A stretch of 64,000 nucleotides of DNA from a virus. The notes beneath the pieces were generated by a model. The model had not been told where the DNA came from. It was given only the letters and a program-made list of their open reading frames with translations, and searched no databases. Position numbers and translations under genes: made by a program. Below are positions 42,701 to 51,362 of this stretch, one piece after another. Each line of letters starts with the position of its first letter. Position 1 is the stretch's first letter. Location of the stretch: positions 1-64,000 of IMG/VR virus record IMGVR_UViG_3300023181_000026; one strand, given 5' to 3'.

Positions 42701-44653
42701 AGCTAAGACAGATTGAGCGTCTACATTAGGAATTATAGCTGTTGCTCCGTCAATATTTAGGGTTTGATTTTCAGGCATTAAGGCTTCTGCATACCTTTGA
42801 GCTTCTTTATAGTCTTTCAAAGCTGACGTATGAGCATCTAAAGCTTCCTGTTTTATTTGAGTAGCCTCTTCTACACTTACATTTAACTGTTCCGATAATT
42901 CATTAATATCTAATTCATTTATAGATGATATAAAGTTTTCAGATGAGTTATCTAAAAGCCCCATTTTATCATCTAATTGTAATTTAGAGAATACAGCTAG
43001 ATTCAATTCCTGATTTGCTATTACCCCATCTTGTATACTATTAGCTATTTTTCCTCTAGCTGCTTTTTGTACATTTGCAGTTTTAAACTTTTCTAGTAAG
43101 TTATAATTTGAGTTTGTAGTTTGCCAAGTGGCTATGTCGGACTGAGCATCTACAGCTTTTTGATAATCTCTTATTCCAAAACCGCTTTTAACATTCGATA
43201 GTCCTCCTATAAGTGAGCCAATAAGAACTTCTTCTAGTCCTTCTTTAGTTCCATAAGTTTGTGCTAAAGATTTTTGTAAAGCGTCCATAGTAGAAAAACT
43301 ATCCTGCACAGCATTTGCATCATACTTTGATTCTAAATACCTTTGTCCAAAATTACCTAAAACAGATTGTCCTCCCTCTTCTATTACACCTTCTCTAATT
43401 GGAGATTTTAAGACATTTAAACTTGTTCCTAGTATTCTCTGCACTCTTGTAGGATTTATTGCTCTATAAGTATCTACAACACCCTCTAAAACCCTTTCTG
43501 TACCTATGCCCAAAGTTCTATTAAACCCTCTTTGTAATCCTCTGGTAGACAAAAATGACCCTACTCCAAAGAGATTTCCAAACTGAGCAATATTTGATCC
43601 TCCCACTAAAGCTACATTCGCAGCAAATAAAGTATTTGAACTTACTGTTGCTTCATCTCTGAATCTTGCCATTTCTTCTCCTGAAGGTGTCCCTCCAAAA
43701 GTATTTGAATAATAATCTAAATAATTTTTTTCAGCTTCTTTAAGAAAATGTCTTGCTTCTACTCCTGCTTCATAACCTGCTGAAGTATATAAGAACCTTG
43801 CGTTGTTAAACGCTTTAAGAGCTCTACTTGTAGGAACAGTTCTTTGGTAGGCATTCATCATCGAAGTTATAGAATGAAGAACTTTATTTTCATTTCTTAT
43901 GGCCGAAGCCCCTCCTCTCAAAAGTGCTCTTGATCCTGCTGTAGCTAAAGATGTACCTCCTGTAGCTGCTGCCCATATTCCTTCTGAGATTAAAGTACCT
44001 GTTACAAAAGACATACCCCCTAAGACTTTATCAGCCCAAAAGTTAGTTGTAGCTAAATTTGAAATTAAAGAGTTATTTTTTTCTTGTTCTGAATAGTAGT
44101 TAGGTAAATCTATGTCTAACTTAGTATTTACGTCATCTATCCATTTAGCAAAATCATTATTGTATATTGCATTGAACGTTCCTGTACTTATCCCCTCTAA
44201 TAGTCCGTTAACTGTACCTACAGTAGCATCTAATACATTAACTCCTGTTTTGGTTACAAATTTACCTACGCCGTTCAAAAGTTTCTCTCCTGCTCCTTGT
44301 TGTAATGCTAATCTATTTTCATTATTAACTCCTGACATATAATTCTCAAATCGGGCTTTATAAGTACCGTCATTAAGCTGTACATAGGCTTGGTCAATAT
44401 TTCTATCCCAAACTTCTAAAGCTGGTTTTTTAGTTGTGGTTGTATCCCACATACTTCCAGAGTCTGTAGAGAGAAGAGATTTTGATAAATCAATCTTATT
44501 TGGATTATACTTTCTTTGAATATCTTGCGCCACTCTTAAAGACCCATCGCCTAAAGGTGAGGCAATAGTGGCAGGTTCCACAGGATTTGTATTGAACTGA
44601 GTAGGAAAGTCGAAAGCAGGTATTCCTGCATTTAAGTTTTGGATTTCGTCCAT
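39752..44653 (-). CDS. giant virion cargo/ejection protein (1633 aa) with Gly/Ala-rich membrane-spanning region and coiled coils
   Basis: GMSFVTGTLISEGIWAAATGGTSLATAG, LIGSLIGGL; long heptad stretches; ends TCA. Confidence 0.75.
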   Translation of the reverse strand: MDEIQNLNAGIPAFDFPTQFNTNPVEPATIASPLGDGSLRVAQDIQRKYNPNKIDLSKSLLSTDSGSMWDTTTTKKPALEVWDRNIDQAYVQLNDGTYKARFENYMSGVNNENRLALQQGAGEKLLNGVGKFVTKTGVNVLDATVGTVNGLLEGISTGTFNAIYNNDFAKWIDDVNTKLDIDLPNYYSEQEKNNSLISNLATTNFWADKVLGGMSFVTGTLISEGIWAAATGGTSLATAGSRALLRGGASAIRNENKVLHSITSMMNAYQRTVPTSRALKAFNNARFLYTSAGYEAGVEARHFLKEAEKNYLDYYSNTFGGTPSGEEMARFRDEATVSSNTLFAANVALVGGSNIAQFGNLFGVGSFLSTRGLQRGFNRTLGIGTERVLEGVVDTYRAINPTRVQRILGTSLNVLKSPIREGVIEEGGQSVLGNFGQRYLESKYDANAVQDSFSTMDALQKSLAQTYGTKEGLEEVLIGSLIGGLSNVKSGFGIRDYQKAVDAQSDIATWQTTNSNYNLLEKFKTANVQKAARGKIANSIQDGVIANQELNLAVFSKLQLDDKMGLLDNSSENFISSINELDINELSEQLNVSVEEATQIKQEALDAHTSALKDYKEAQRYAEALMPENQTLNIDGATAIIPNVDAQSVLALNIYMGRNSDRLARSYAKGISDIIGNEGAASALSLENSLQAKEVNKSKEVKSLTRQLEILDRDLNSRNEELIRIASRPRTEQGDARLQAFENRRQELLLAEERDSKRRNEINSELEAIAQDINQVRKAKRIANQEFANIFDDESVNAEKLVEATNNLRSLSETLDAWRRNGQESSAEGVGYMIDQYDKAQKAFVNANETFNKLSNPALRKAEIKTIFSPILNKFKKKGADISDYQKAEQEIYQQLRNQYNEFKVIVDNANTEIQSPQAKINLAEEGDSLPPIEQQVPTELTAEIEETYNTRREELLSQQQIELTQTEGLLENSEEYAQIQERHIQQLNALEQQRDEELFQNSGITLNTPQTLRERLQSIVDDILQNRRDVEELSTPLKRPSQQEMDEYKKLYDRNRRSVNGLREKDSQRFNQLKDRLNTYGRAVGTVEGGVVLADILEQIATLDEVNNNQTESLPVNNTNTEEIQASLTLAGGRRDTANKTQYWEKSEFRVLENGTYSITGINLQGLVDIVAKDNLVGILNNKPNKRNNRKQVSGLLTGENYNVGDRFIIQFEDGTEINVTIGQTKGLEINAAGISILNESTRFKAIPSTNLGTNYQPLLIELNRNATVTPLEINNSNFELEPGLTFTDFTNKPDDTETSLFVSNRNEFNKDLIQKFRAGAISMQELQNNISIYVMSEEGEVGGVLKSVPREIFEDGNYLELSQIRKIATQRALESNLENDLIDVQISVPIDRNSSYFGKPNFNLILDKSTGILATELLPISNKALEKIVDVGYISNEKLTLKVNEKGVNTTFVKRMSRGRKFPIVVFNYNGSKVAYPVSMNEIEIDKVGEFDNLLNADLPINEKVKGLNQYLSENNIDSNNLENGFYYISGQTNLNDPDHLDSIRDQLSSQSSYNNFEDWVNESTIETAKQLLQQQASINIDITDKPFHSPKLALKLKERVIIGQTANPTNTIVEETTNMAQKEIQDNTCA

Positions 44654-44655
44654 AT

Positions 44656-47289
44656 TTATTCTTGTAATGTGCTTAAAACATTATCTATTTGGTTTGGATT
44701 CTGTGACAAATACCTTAACATAGCATCGCTGGCAGTAATCTGAGGGAATTGTTTAACATATAAATTGACTTGTTCGTTGTTTTCTTCTGTTCCCCCATCA
44801 TTTCGGTAAAGTTGTGTTTTACCTACCCCATTAAGATTTACAGCTACTTTCCATCTTCCTTTTTCTACATCTGCTCTCACTTCAATCTTATCTCCATTGG
44901 CTTCCATAAGATCAACTAATTGATTTATCTTTTGCGGAGCCACTCTTCCCTGTAATGCTGTATTGAAAATTTGTTTTGTAGTGGAGGTATTCAAATAATT
45001 AACTGGGTTAACTCCTGAGGTTAGAGGTGTTCCTCCTGTTCTTTGTTGTATATATTGAGCAGAATTTGTTAATATATCTGAGGAAGTTTCATCTATATAC
45101 TCTATACCATTACTCTTAATAGTAGGTGTATCTGCGCTTAATGGACTTCTCCTTGCTGCCGCTAAATCTAATTTTCCTGCTATGTATCTATAAGCGTCTG
45201 AATCTGTTGAGATATCCACATATCTAGGAGCCCCTGCAAATATACCGCCTTCTTTTCTCCCCTCTGTTGCTTGAGTAACTCTTAGGCTTCCATCACTATT
45301 CTTATTAATAGTTATTGGATTTTTAGGGGTAAACACAAAACCTCCTGTATCTTGTGGTATCATACTCACAAAAGCTTCTCTTTCTTTTTCATTAGTTAGA
45401 TTAGCTGAGTATGTTCTATTAAATCCTGCATACCCCCTATTCTTAAGATTTTGTTGTATAGTTGCCTGAGTATCTTCATACGGACTTCTTACAGTAGTTA
45501 TTCCATTTCTGAAATCGAAATTTCTTCTTCTTCCTGTATTTATGTCAAAATTAATTAACCCTCTCTCTTCTTCTGATTCTCCTGCGAAATTAAATAGGTC
45601 GATATTTCTTGTTACAGTTGAATACTTTTGAAGTAAATCTGCGGCTCTTCTTTTAATTGCTATACTTGTGCCTGGACTTGCAAGGCTTTCAGGAGATATT
45701 TTATTGTTAGTAAGGAAAGTTCTAACATCTGGTTCATTTCTTAAAGAGTCTAATCCTCTATAATATTGGGATGCATTAGAGGCGAACGCTCCTGTTATTG
45801 CTTCATCTTTTGATTTCTGAATGTTGACAGCTATATTATCTTTTTCAGTTCTTAGGTTTTCTATTGTTCCTGCCTCTTGTGGGTTAGACTGTTTAAATAT
45901 TTTATTGAATGCGAGATAATTTGCATTGGATTCCGTTTGACCTTGTTGTTTGTATTTAGCTTTTTCTGCATCAAATAATTGTCTTTGATCATCATTAGCT
46001 TGTCTATAAACTGCCGTTACAGTTTGATTAAGTCCTTGGGCTAAAGTATTGTACTCATTTGTTGCATCTGCTACAGGGTCTATTTCCTGAGCTATTGCCC
46101 CTACTGCTGGATTAACTGCTATTCCTAAAGTGGGGTCTGGATTAAGTTCAGATTGCATTTTAGCAATTTCAAGTTGTGTCTTAACCATTCCTAATTCGGA
46201 CTCTCTTTGCTGTCTTGCTTCTCTACTATAGTCTAGCTCTAGATTTTTTTGCGCATAGAAGGCTGTATCTGTTTCATATTCTACACTCTCTCTCGCACCC
46301 GCTATCTGAGAGAAATTATTCATCCATCTATTGGTTTCTATAAATCCTCCTAAAGAAGCAGTATCATTAACATTTATTTGAGTTATCTCCGAATTGAAAG
46401 ATTCTTTTTGATTCAATAAAGCTTGTTTTTGTCTGGAATACATTGCTCTTTGTTTTTTAGAAAGACCCGAAGTGCCTTCTCCTATAGTTGCTGTTTGTAT
46501 TCCTCTGTCTAAGGCATTATTCCTATCTGTAACATAGGTGTCAAATACTGTTTGAGCTGTGGTTAATCCACCTTGTCCTTGATATTGCCCCCACCCATCT
46601 ATTTGAAGTTGTTGTTTTACTTCTGTAGGTACTAAATTAGGTAAATAAGCTTGTATTTCTTCTGAAGTAAGTCCTTTTATACTTCTACGTTGTATTCTTC
46701 TGTTTCCTTGTGCGTCTGTTACAGGCACTTCTATTACTTGGTCTCCTTTAGTTTCCTTAAGATCTTTTACAATAGCTAACATAGCTTTGTTTTTATCAAC
46801 ATATGGTGTGTAAACTCCTCCTTGATATCCAACACCTGCATTTGGATTTGAAAGCCATTGTTGAGCTCCTCTTAAAGCAAATGCCTCATTTAAAGGATTA
46901 TACTTATCAATCTCTTTTGTTCTGAAGTAGTCTATATTTGATTGCAGCTTTCTGAAGTTTTGGGTTGATGCTGCTGCTGTAATAACTTTATCGTCTATAG
47001 CTCTTTTGATATTACCCTGAATAAGCCCTGTAATATTTTGAGAAGAGTAGTCGGCACCTTCTAAAGAATTTATTTGATTAACCATATTAGTTAGATTATT
47101 AGCTAAATGTTCTTTATCAACATCTTTAGCCAAGTCTATCTGTGCGTACTGGTCTATTTGATTTTGTAATTTCTCTACGTTTTGATTTATTGCTCCTTGT
47201 TTAAATTCTAAAGCCTTAGAGACTAACTCAAAATTATAAGTCGGTAAGGGGTTTTGGTAGGTTAATGGAGTACTCAGATAATTTGCCAT
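44656..47289 (-). CDS. virion cargo protein (about 877 aa; start reassigned to MANYLST)
   Basis: track start 47322 lies inside a promoter; ATG at 47289 preferred. Confidence 0.75.
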   Translation of the reverse strand: MANYLSTPLTYQNPLPTYNFELVSKALEFKQGAINQNVEKLQNQIDQYAQIDLAKDVDKEHLANNLTNMVNQINSLEGADYSSQNITGLIQGNIKRAIDDKVITAAASTQNFRKLQSNIDYFRTKEIDKYNPLNEAFALRGAQQWLSNPNAGVGYQGGVYTPYVDKNKAMLAIVKDLKETKGDQVIEVPVTDAQGNRRIQRRSIKGLTSEEIQAYLPNLVPTEVKQQLQIDGWGQYQGQGGLTTAQTVFDTYVTDRNNALDRGIQTATIGEGTSGLSKKQRAMYSRQKQALLNQKESFNSEITQINVNDTASLGGFIETNRWMNNFSQIAGARESVEYETDTAFYAQKNLELDYSREARQQRESELGMVKTQLEIAKMQSELNPDPTLGIAVNPAVGAIAQEIDPVADATNEYNTLAQGLNQTVTAVYRQANDDQRQLFDAEKAKYKQQGQTESNANYLAFNKIFKQSNPQEAGTIENLRTEKDNIAVNIQKSKDEAITGAFASNASQYYRGLDSLRNEPDVRTFLTNNKISPESLASPGTSIAIKRRAADLLQKYSTVTRNIDLFNFAGESEEERGLINFDINTGRRRNFDFRNGITTVRSPYEDTQATIQQNLKNRGYAGFNRTYSANLTNEKEREAFVSMIPQDTGGFVFTPKNPITINKNSDGSLRVTQATEGRKEGGIFAGAPRYVDISTDSDAYRYIAGKLDLAAARRSPLSADTPTIKSNGIEYIDETSSDILTNSAQYIQQRTGGTPLTSGVNPVNYLNTSTTKQIFNTALQGRVAPQKINQLVDLMEANGDKIEVRADVEKGRWKVAVNLNGVGKTQLYRNDGGTEENNEQVNLYVKQFPQITASDAMLRYLSQNPNQIDNVLSTLQE

Positions 47290-47319
47290 AGTTGTAATAA
47301 AAGATAAAACCTTCTCATA

Positions 47320-47327
47320 CAAAAGTA
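47320..47327 (-). promoter_or_regulatory. -7 promoter element TACTTTTG
   Basis: consensus TAnnTTTG 31 nt upstream of ATG 47289. Confidence 0.65.
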
Positions 47328-47437
47328 CAAAAAGGTTTTAAGTAATTAAAATAGTTAAGAATAGGTATTAATTAAGGTAACTATATAAATATTATTTTAA
47401 TATGCCAAATAAAAAGCGTCTAAATTTTAAAATTTAA

Positions 47438-50400
47438 CTATCTTTTAGCATCTGCTTTTCCTCTCGCTTGAGCATAAGACTTGTTATATGTACTTGCTTG
47501 AGTCGGAGCTACAGTGTTTGGTATTATTCCGTTTTGAACAAGTAACTGTGGGGTTACCCCATTAAGTACTACCTGACCATTTGAATCCAAAGTTACATTT
47601 TGAAATAGGCTTGATAGCGTTCTAGCCTGATTGTTTTGTTGAGTATTTAAAGCATTCACTTGATTATTATATTGATACCAATTATTTAAGCTTTGCTCTT
47701 GATTATTCAAGGCTTGAAATGCTCGTTGTTCGTACAAATCTCTTTCTTGATTATCTATAATACCATATTGATTGAACAATTGTGTATTCATATTTGAAGT
47801 CCTTGCTAATTCTTGTTGATTTTGAACATTTGTTTGTCCTATAACTTGCCCTACATTATCCTGAACAGAGGCTGATATTTGAGTTAAAGCTGCTGCTCTT
47901 TGTGCAGGAGAAAGCCCATTTAGTTGATTAACTGCGGCTGTTTCTTGATTGTATAAAGCTTGAACTTGTGACTCATATCCTAATAAAGTTGCTTCATAAT
48001 TTCTATATTGTGCATCGGGCATTCTATTAGGTTGAAGGGGACTTGGAGCAGGAAGTGTCTGATCTATTAAGTCCAAACCTGCAAATTGATTAGTTGGTGT
48101 TCTAGGGATGTTTATTTGTGTATTATTAGCTTCTTCAGTTGTCTGATTTTGTCCTATGGCTGTAGTTGGCACCGCGCCTAAATAAAAATCACCTTTCAAA
48201 TTATTACTTTCTACATATTTTTTATAAAGTTCTGGATTCTGAGCTCTTAATTGACTTGAAGTGTTTATACCTTGCTGTCTTAATCTTTGTAGCTCGTCTT
48301 GAGGGATTATATCCACAGAGAAGTTAGGTCTTGACAAAGTAAAGTTACCAGCTTTAGAGTCATACCCCCTTATAGTATCTCCTTCTACAAACATTTGATT
48401 TCTCACTTGTGAAGATAAATTTTGATATTCAGGAGAAGTTTCTCCATATAATTGAGCGTAGTTACTCAAAATATTTGCATAATTATCATTAACTGCTCTT
48501 TGATAGTCCGCCCAAGTTTTTCCTTCCCGAAGTTGTCCGTTAGAATCAAATATTTGAGCATAAATTTCAGGATGTAAATTTTGTATTTCAGCTACTCTTT
48601 CTCCATAATTAGCTGAACTCACATTTCCGTAGAGTCCTGGAGTAGTTTGAGGCTGGTTACCATACTCAGGAAGTCCGTATTGACTTGGGATTATACCTCC
48701 ATCGGCATATTCTTTTAAGGAAGTTATAATTTCACTGGCTTGTTCCTCTGTAAGATTATGTTTCTTAGCTAAATCTTTTAGTTGATTTCCTGTGTATGTA
48801 CCTCCATTTTCAAATTGAAGCTCTGTAGTATTCCCTTTAAGCTCCTCTTGTTTTTGGAAAAGTTCGTCTGTAAAAGATGCTAATTGTTCATTAAGAGGGT
48901 CTTTAGCTAATTCTGTCTCTTGTATTTGAGTTGCTAAATATTGCTCATTTATAGCATTGGTTTGCTGATCTTCAAGCCCTGTTTTATCTTCTAGTTTTTT
49001 AAATAGCCCTTCTTGTTCTTTGTCTAATTTATTAAGTCCTATTTTATTTTTGTATTTATCTATAGCATCAGCAAAAGTATTATTTGCTTTAACTTCTATA
49101 CCAAACTGTCTTTTTATCTCTCTTGCGTTTTTTCCTCCCAGTTTAAGATTATCTGAAATAACTTTACTTCCCTGTTCTAATGCTAAATCCACTCCTCCTT
49201 GTTTGTGAGAGTCTCCTATAACTTGTTGAACATTACCTTGTGGAGATTGCACGTACTCTCCTCCTTCAACTTCTGCTGTAGGTCTTCCCTGAGATTGATT
49301 TTCTCCGATATAGCTGCCTGTTAAATATTGTTCTTGTGGGATAACTCCCCCATCTTCCATGAATACGTAATCTTCCCCTTCTTTTAAATTATTATAACTA
49401 TCATTCCATACAGCATATCTTCCTGAGTTTTGCCTATTTATTCCTAAAGTGGCAGGATCTTTCAAAAATATCATTTGAACATCTTTATTCCATTCGGGAT
49501 TGTTTCTGCGCTCATCTGTTGAAGTTATATTACCTTGTGCTCTTGCTATATTCTGAAATCTGTCTGTGCCAAATGTTTGAAAATCTGAACTTGGGTATTG
49601 ATTTATTATATTAGATTGAGGTATACCCGAAGATTGTATTAAAGGTTGAGATATTAAATTAGTTGCTGTAACAGGTGGGGTTGTGTCTAAAACAACCCTT
49701 TGATTAGGTTTGGCATATACATTTACAGATTGTCTATCTATTCCAAAATAAGCCCCTATTGGTTTGACTCTTTGATCATTGGAAAAAACTCCAGAAATAT
49801 ATTCCCCTTTTCCTGTGGTGTTTATATACCTCTTAGCGTTTATTACATCTTTGGCTGTACTATTATATGCATTTAAGCTGTCTTGGTAGGCTCTATATCT
49901 TGGGTCGTTTCTGTCCGTCACTGTTATAACTGGGGGATCTATTTCTCCTCCATTTTCGAAAGAACTTAAAGGTACAAAGTCTTGTTGATTTTGACGGTTG
50001 AAATAATTTGTCATAGAATCATTCTGAACATTTTGATAAGCTGCTCCTTGTAAACCTGTTCTTAAAAGAGATGCTAAGGTTGCTCCACCTGCGGCTATTC
50101 CTCTAACAGTATTTGCATTTCTACTTTGTTGACTAGCGTAAGGATTGTTATTATTAAATGCTATAGACTGACCTAACTTAAAAGTTGAGGTTTCTGTACT
50201 CACTGGAGCAAAGGCTCTGCTAAATGCATTTAAGTAGCTCAGAGTATTATTATTGTTTGATTGCTGAGGATTAAACAAACTTGCATCAAAATTAACAACT
50301 TGTCCTGTTTGTGCATCACTATACATACCTGCGTTTTCAGGTATTTGAGACATGCTATTTTGTAAAGGATCCTGTTGTGGAGAATAAGAAAAGTCCTCAG

Positions 50401-50554
50401 AATTATTCCATTGATTTTGTTCAGGTGCTCGCCAAACTTGTTGAGTGAAAGGTTGCATCTGGTTATTAGGTAGAGTCGTATTAGTATTTATATTAAAAGG
50501 CTGATTTTGTTGCTGTTGCCACTGATATAGCATTTGAAGAAATTGTTCATTCAT
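47438..50554 (-). CDS. virion cargo protein (1038 aa), Gln/Asn-rich, with repeated [FYM]xxGG motifs
   Basis: AEVEGGEY...G.SHKQGG....G.KVISDNL block recalled from crAss-like cargo proteins; FENGG, MEDGG, FENGG, YADGG. Confidence 0.75.
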   Translation of the reverse strand: MNEQFLQMLYQWQQQQNQPFNINTNTTLPNNQMQPFTQQVWRAPEQNQWNNSEDFSYSPQQDPLQNSMSQIPENAGMYSDAQTGQVVNFDASLFNPQQSNNNNTLSYLNAFSRAFAPVSTETSTFKLGQSIAFNNNNPYASQQSRNANTVRGIAAGGATLASLLRTGLQGAAYQNVQNDSMTNYFNRQNQQDFVPLSSFENGGEIDPPVITVTDRNDPRYRAYQDSLNAYNSTAKDVINAKRYINTTGKGEYISGVFSNDQRVKPIGAYFGIDRQSVNVYAKPNQRVVLDTTPPVTATNLISQPLIQSSGIPQSNIINQYPSSDFQTFGTDRFQNIARAQGNITSTDERRNNPEWNKDVQMIFLKDPATLGINRQNSGRYAVWNDSYNNLKEGEDYVFMEDGGVIPQEQYLTGSYIGENQSQGRPTAEVEGGEYVQSPQGNVQQVIGDSHKQGGVDLALEQGSKVISDNLKLGGKNAREIKRQFGIEVKANNTFADAIDKYKNKIGLNKLDKEQEGLFKKLEDKTGLEDQQTNAINEQYLATQIQETELAKDPLNEQLASFTDELFQKQEELKGNTTELQFENGGTYTGNQLKDLAKKHNLTEEQASEIITSLKEYADGGIIPSQYGLPEYGNQPQTTPGLYGNVSSANYGERVAEIQNLHPEIYAQIFDSNGQLREGKTWADYQRAVNDNYANILSNYAQLYGETSPEYQNLSSQVRNQMFVEGDTIRGYDSKAGNFTLSRPNFSVDIIPQDELQRLRQQGINTSSQLRAQNPELYKKYVESNNLKGDFYLGAVPTTAIGQNQTTEEANNTQINIPRTPTNQFAGLDLIDQTLPAPSPLQPNRMPDAQYRNYEATLLGYESQVQALYNQETAAVNQLNGLSPAQRAAALTQISASVQDNVGQVIGQTNVQNQQELARTSNMNTQLFNQYGIIDNQERDLYEQRAFQALNNQEQSLNNWYQYNNQVNALNTQQNNQARTLSSLFQNVTLDSNGQVVLNGVTPQLLVQNGIIPNTVAPTQASTYNKSYAQARGKADAKR
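49935..49961 (+). repeat. 27-bp direct repeat copy 1 (encodes FENGGEIDP on - strand)
   Basis: GGATCTATTTCTCCTCCATTTTCGAAA identical to 51137-51163. Confidence 0.95.
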
Positions 50555-50556
50555 TT

Positions 50557-51309
50557 TTAAGTGTAGTTAATGTTTACTGGTAAACTTGTGTAAACCATTT
50601 TATTTAATATTTGTTCTAGTCCTCTATCATCAAATAATTCTATTAATTCGTCAATTTGAGGCTCTTTTCCATTATACTTCTCTAAATAGTTTTCAATATC
50701 TTCAGGTGTTACTTTCTGATTAGGCTTAAATCCTGCATCTCTTCTTAAAACTTGAAGACGTGAATGTACTTCATCGGGGTTGCTTAAGTAATTATAACTT
50801 TTTTGATAGTTTTCGGGTAAAAATTCTTTCTTTATGATATTATCCCTGACTACTTTGGAGTGTATTTTATTTATGTCTTCATTAAAATTCTGCAACTTGT
50901 GATTTGCTTCATGTAAATATATGTTAGGAGTGTCATTAATCATTAGTATCTCTCCTGTGTTTTTGTTATATCCTCCTCTTGCTCTTGGATTACCCGATAT
51001 ATCTTTCACCATAACAGGATCAGGCAGATTATTGGCAATTTTTACTATATTTTCTCTATCTATGTCATATTTGTCATTAACTTGCCTATTGACATACCAA
51101 TTTCTTAACCATTCTTTTTCCGCTTTATACTTCGGTGGATCTATTTCTCCTCCATTTTCGAAATTAGGTAATAGCTCATTTATAAAATTGTACTTATTGA
51201 TTTTTTCTTTAAGAGATTGAACAATTAAATCATCGCTGTAATCTATTTCTTTGTCTTTTATCTGATTTGCCATAAAAGGCTTTCCATTTTTAAAATCTTT
51301 ATATCTCAC
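50557..51309 (-). CDS. zincin-like metallopeptidase (250 aa)
   Basis: YLHEANHKLQ (HExxH) and downstream PDEVHSR. Confidence 0.75.
   Translation of the reverse strand: MRYKDFKNGKPFMANQIKDKEIDYSDDLIVQSLKEKINKYNFINELLPNFENGGEIDPPKYKAEKEWLRNWYVNRQVNDKYDIDRENIVKIANNLPDPVMVKDISGNPRARGGYNKNTGEILMINDTPNIYLHEANHKLQNFNEDINKIHSKVVRDNIIKKEFLPENYQKSYNYLSNPDEVHSRLQVLRRDAGFKPNQKVTPEDIENYLEKYNGKEPQIDELIELFDDRGLEQILNKMVYTSLPVNINYT
51137..51163 (+). repeat. 27-bp direct repeat copy 2
   Basis: identical to 49935-49961. Confidence 0.95.
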
Positions 51310-51314
51310 GTTTA

Positions 51315-51345
51315 CAAATTTAATGATTTGTTATATAGCCTCAAA
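51315..51345 (-). promoter_or_regulatory. Bacteroidota sigma70-type promoter for zincin/cargo genes
   Basis: TTTG, 19-nt spacer, TAAATTTG on - strand. Confidence 0.7.
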
Positions 51346-51362
51346 AAAGTTAATAGTGTGTG

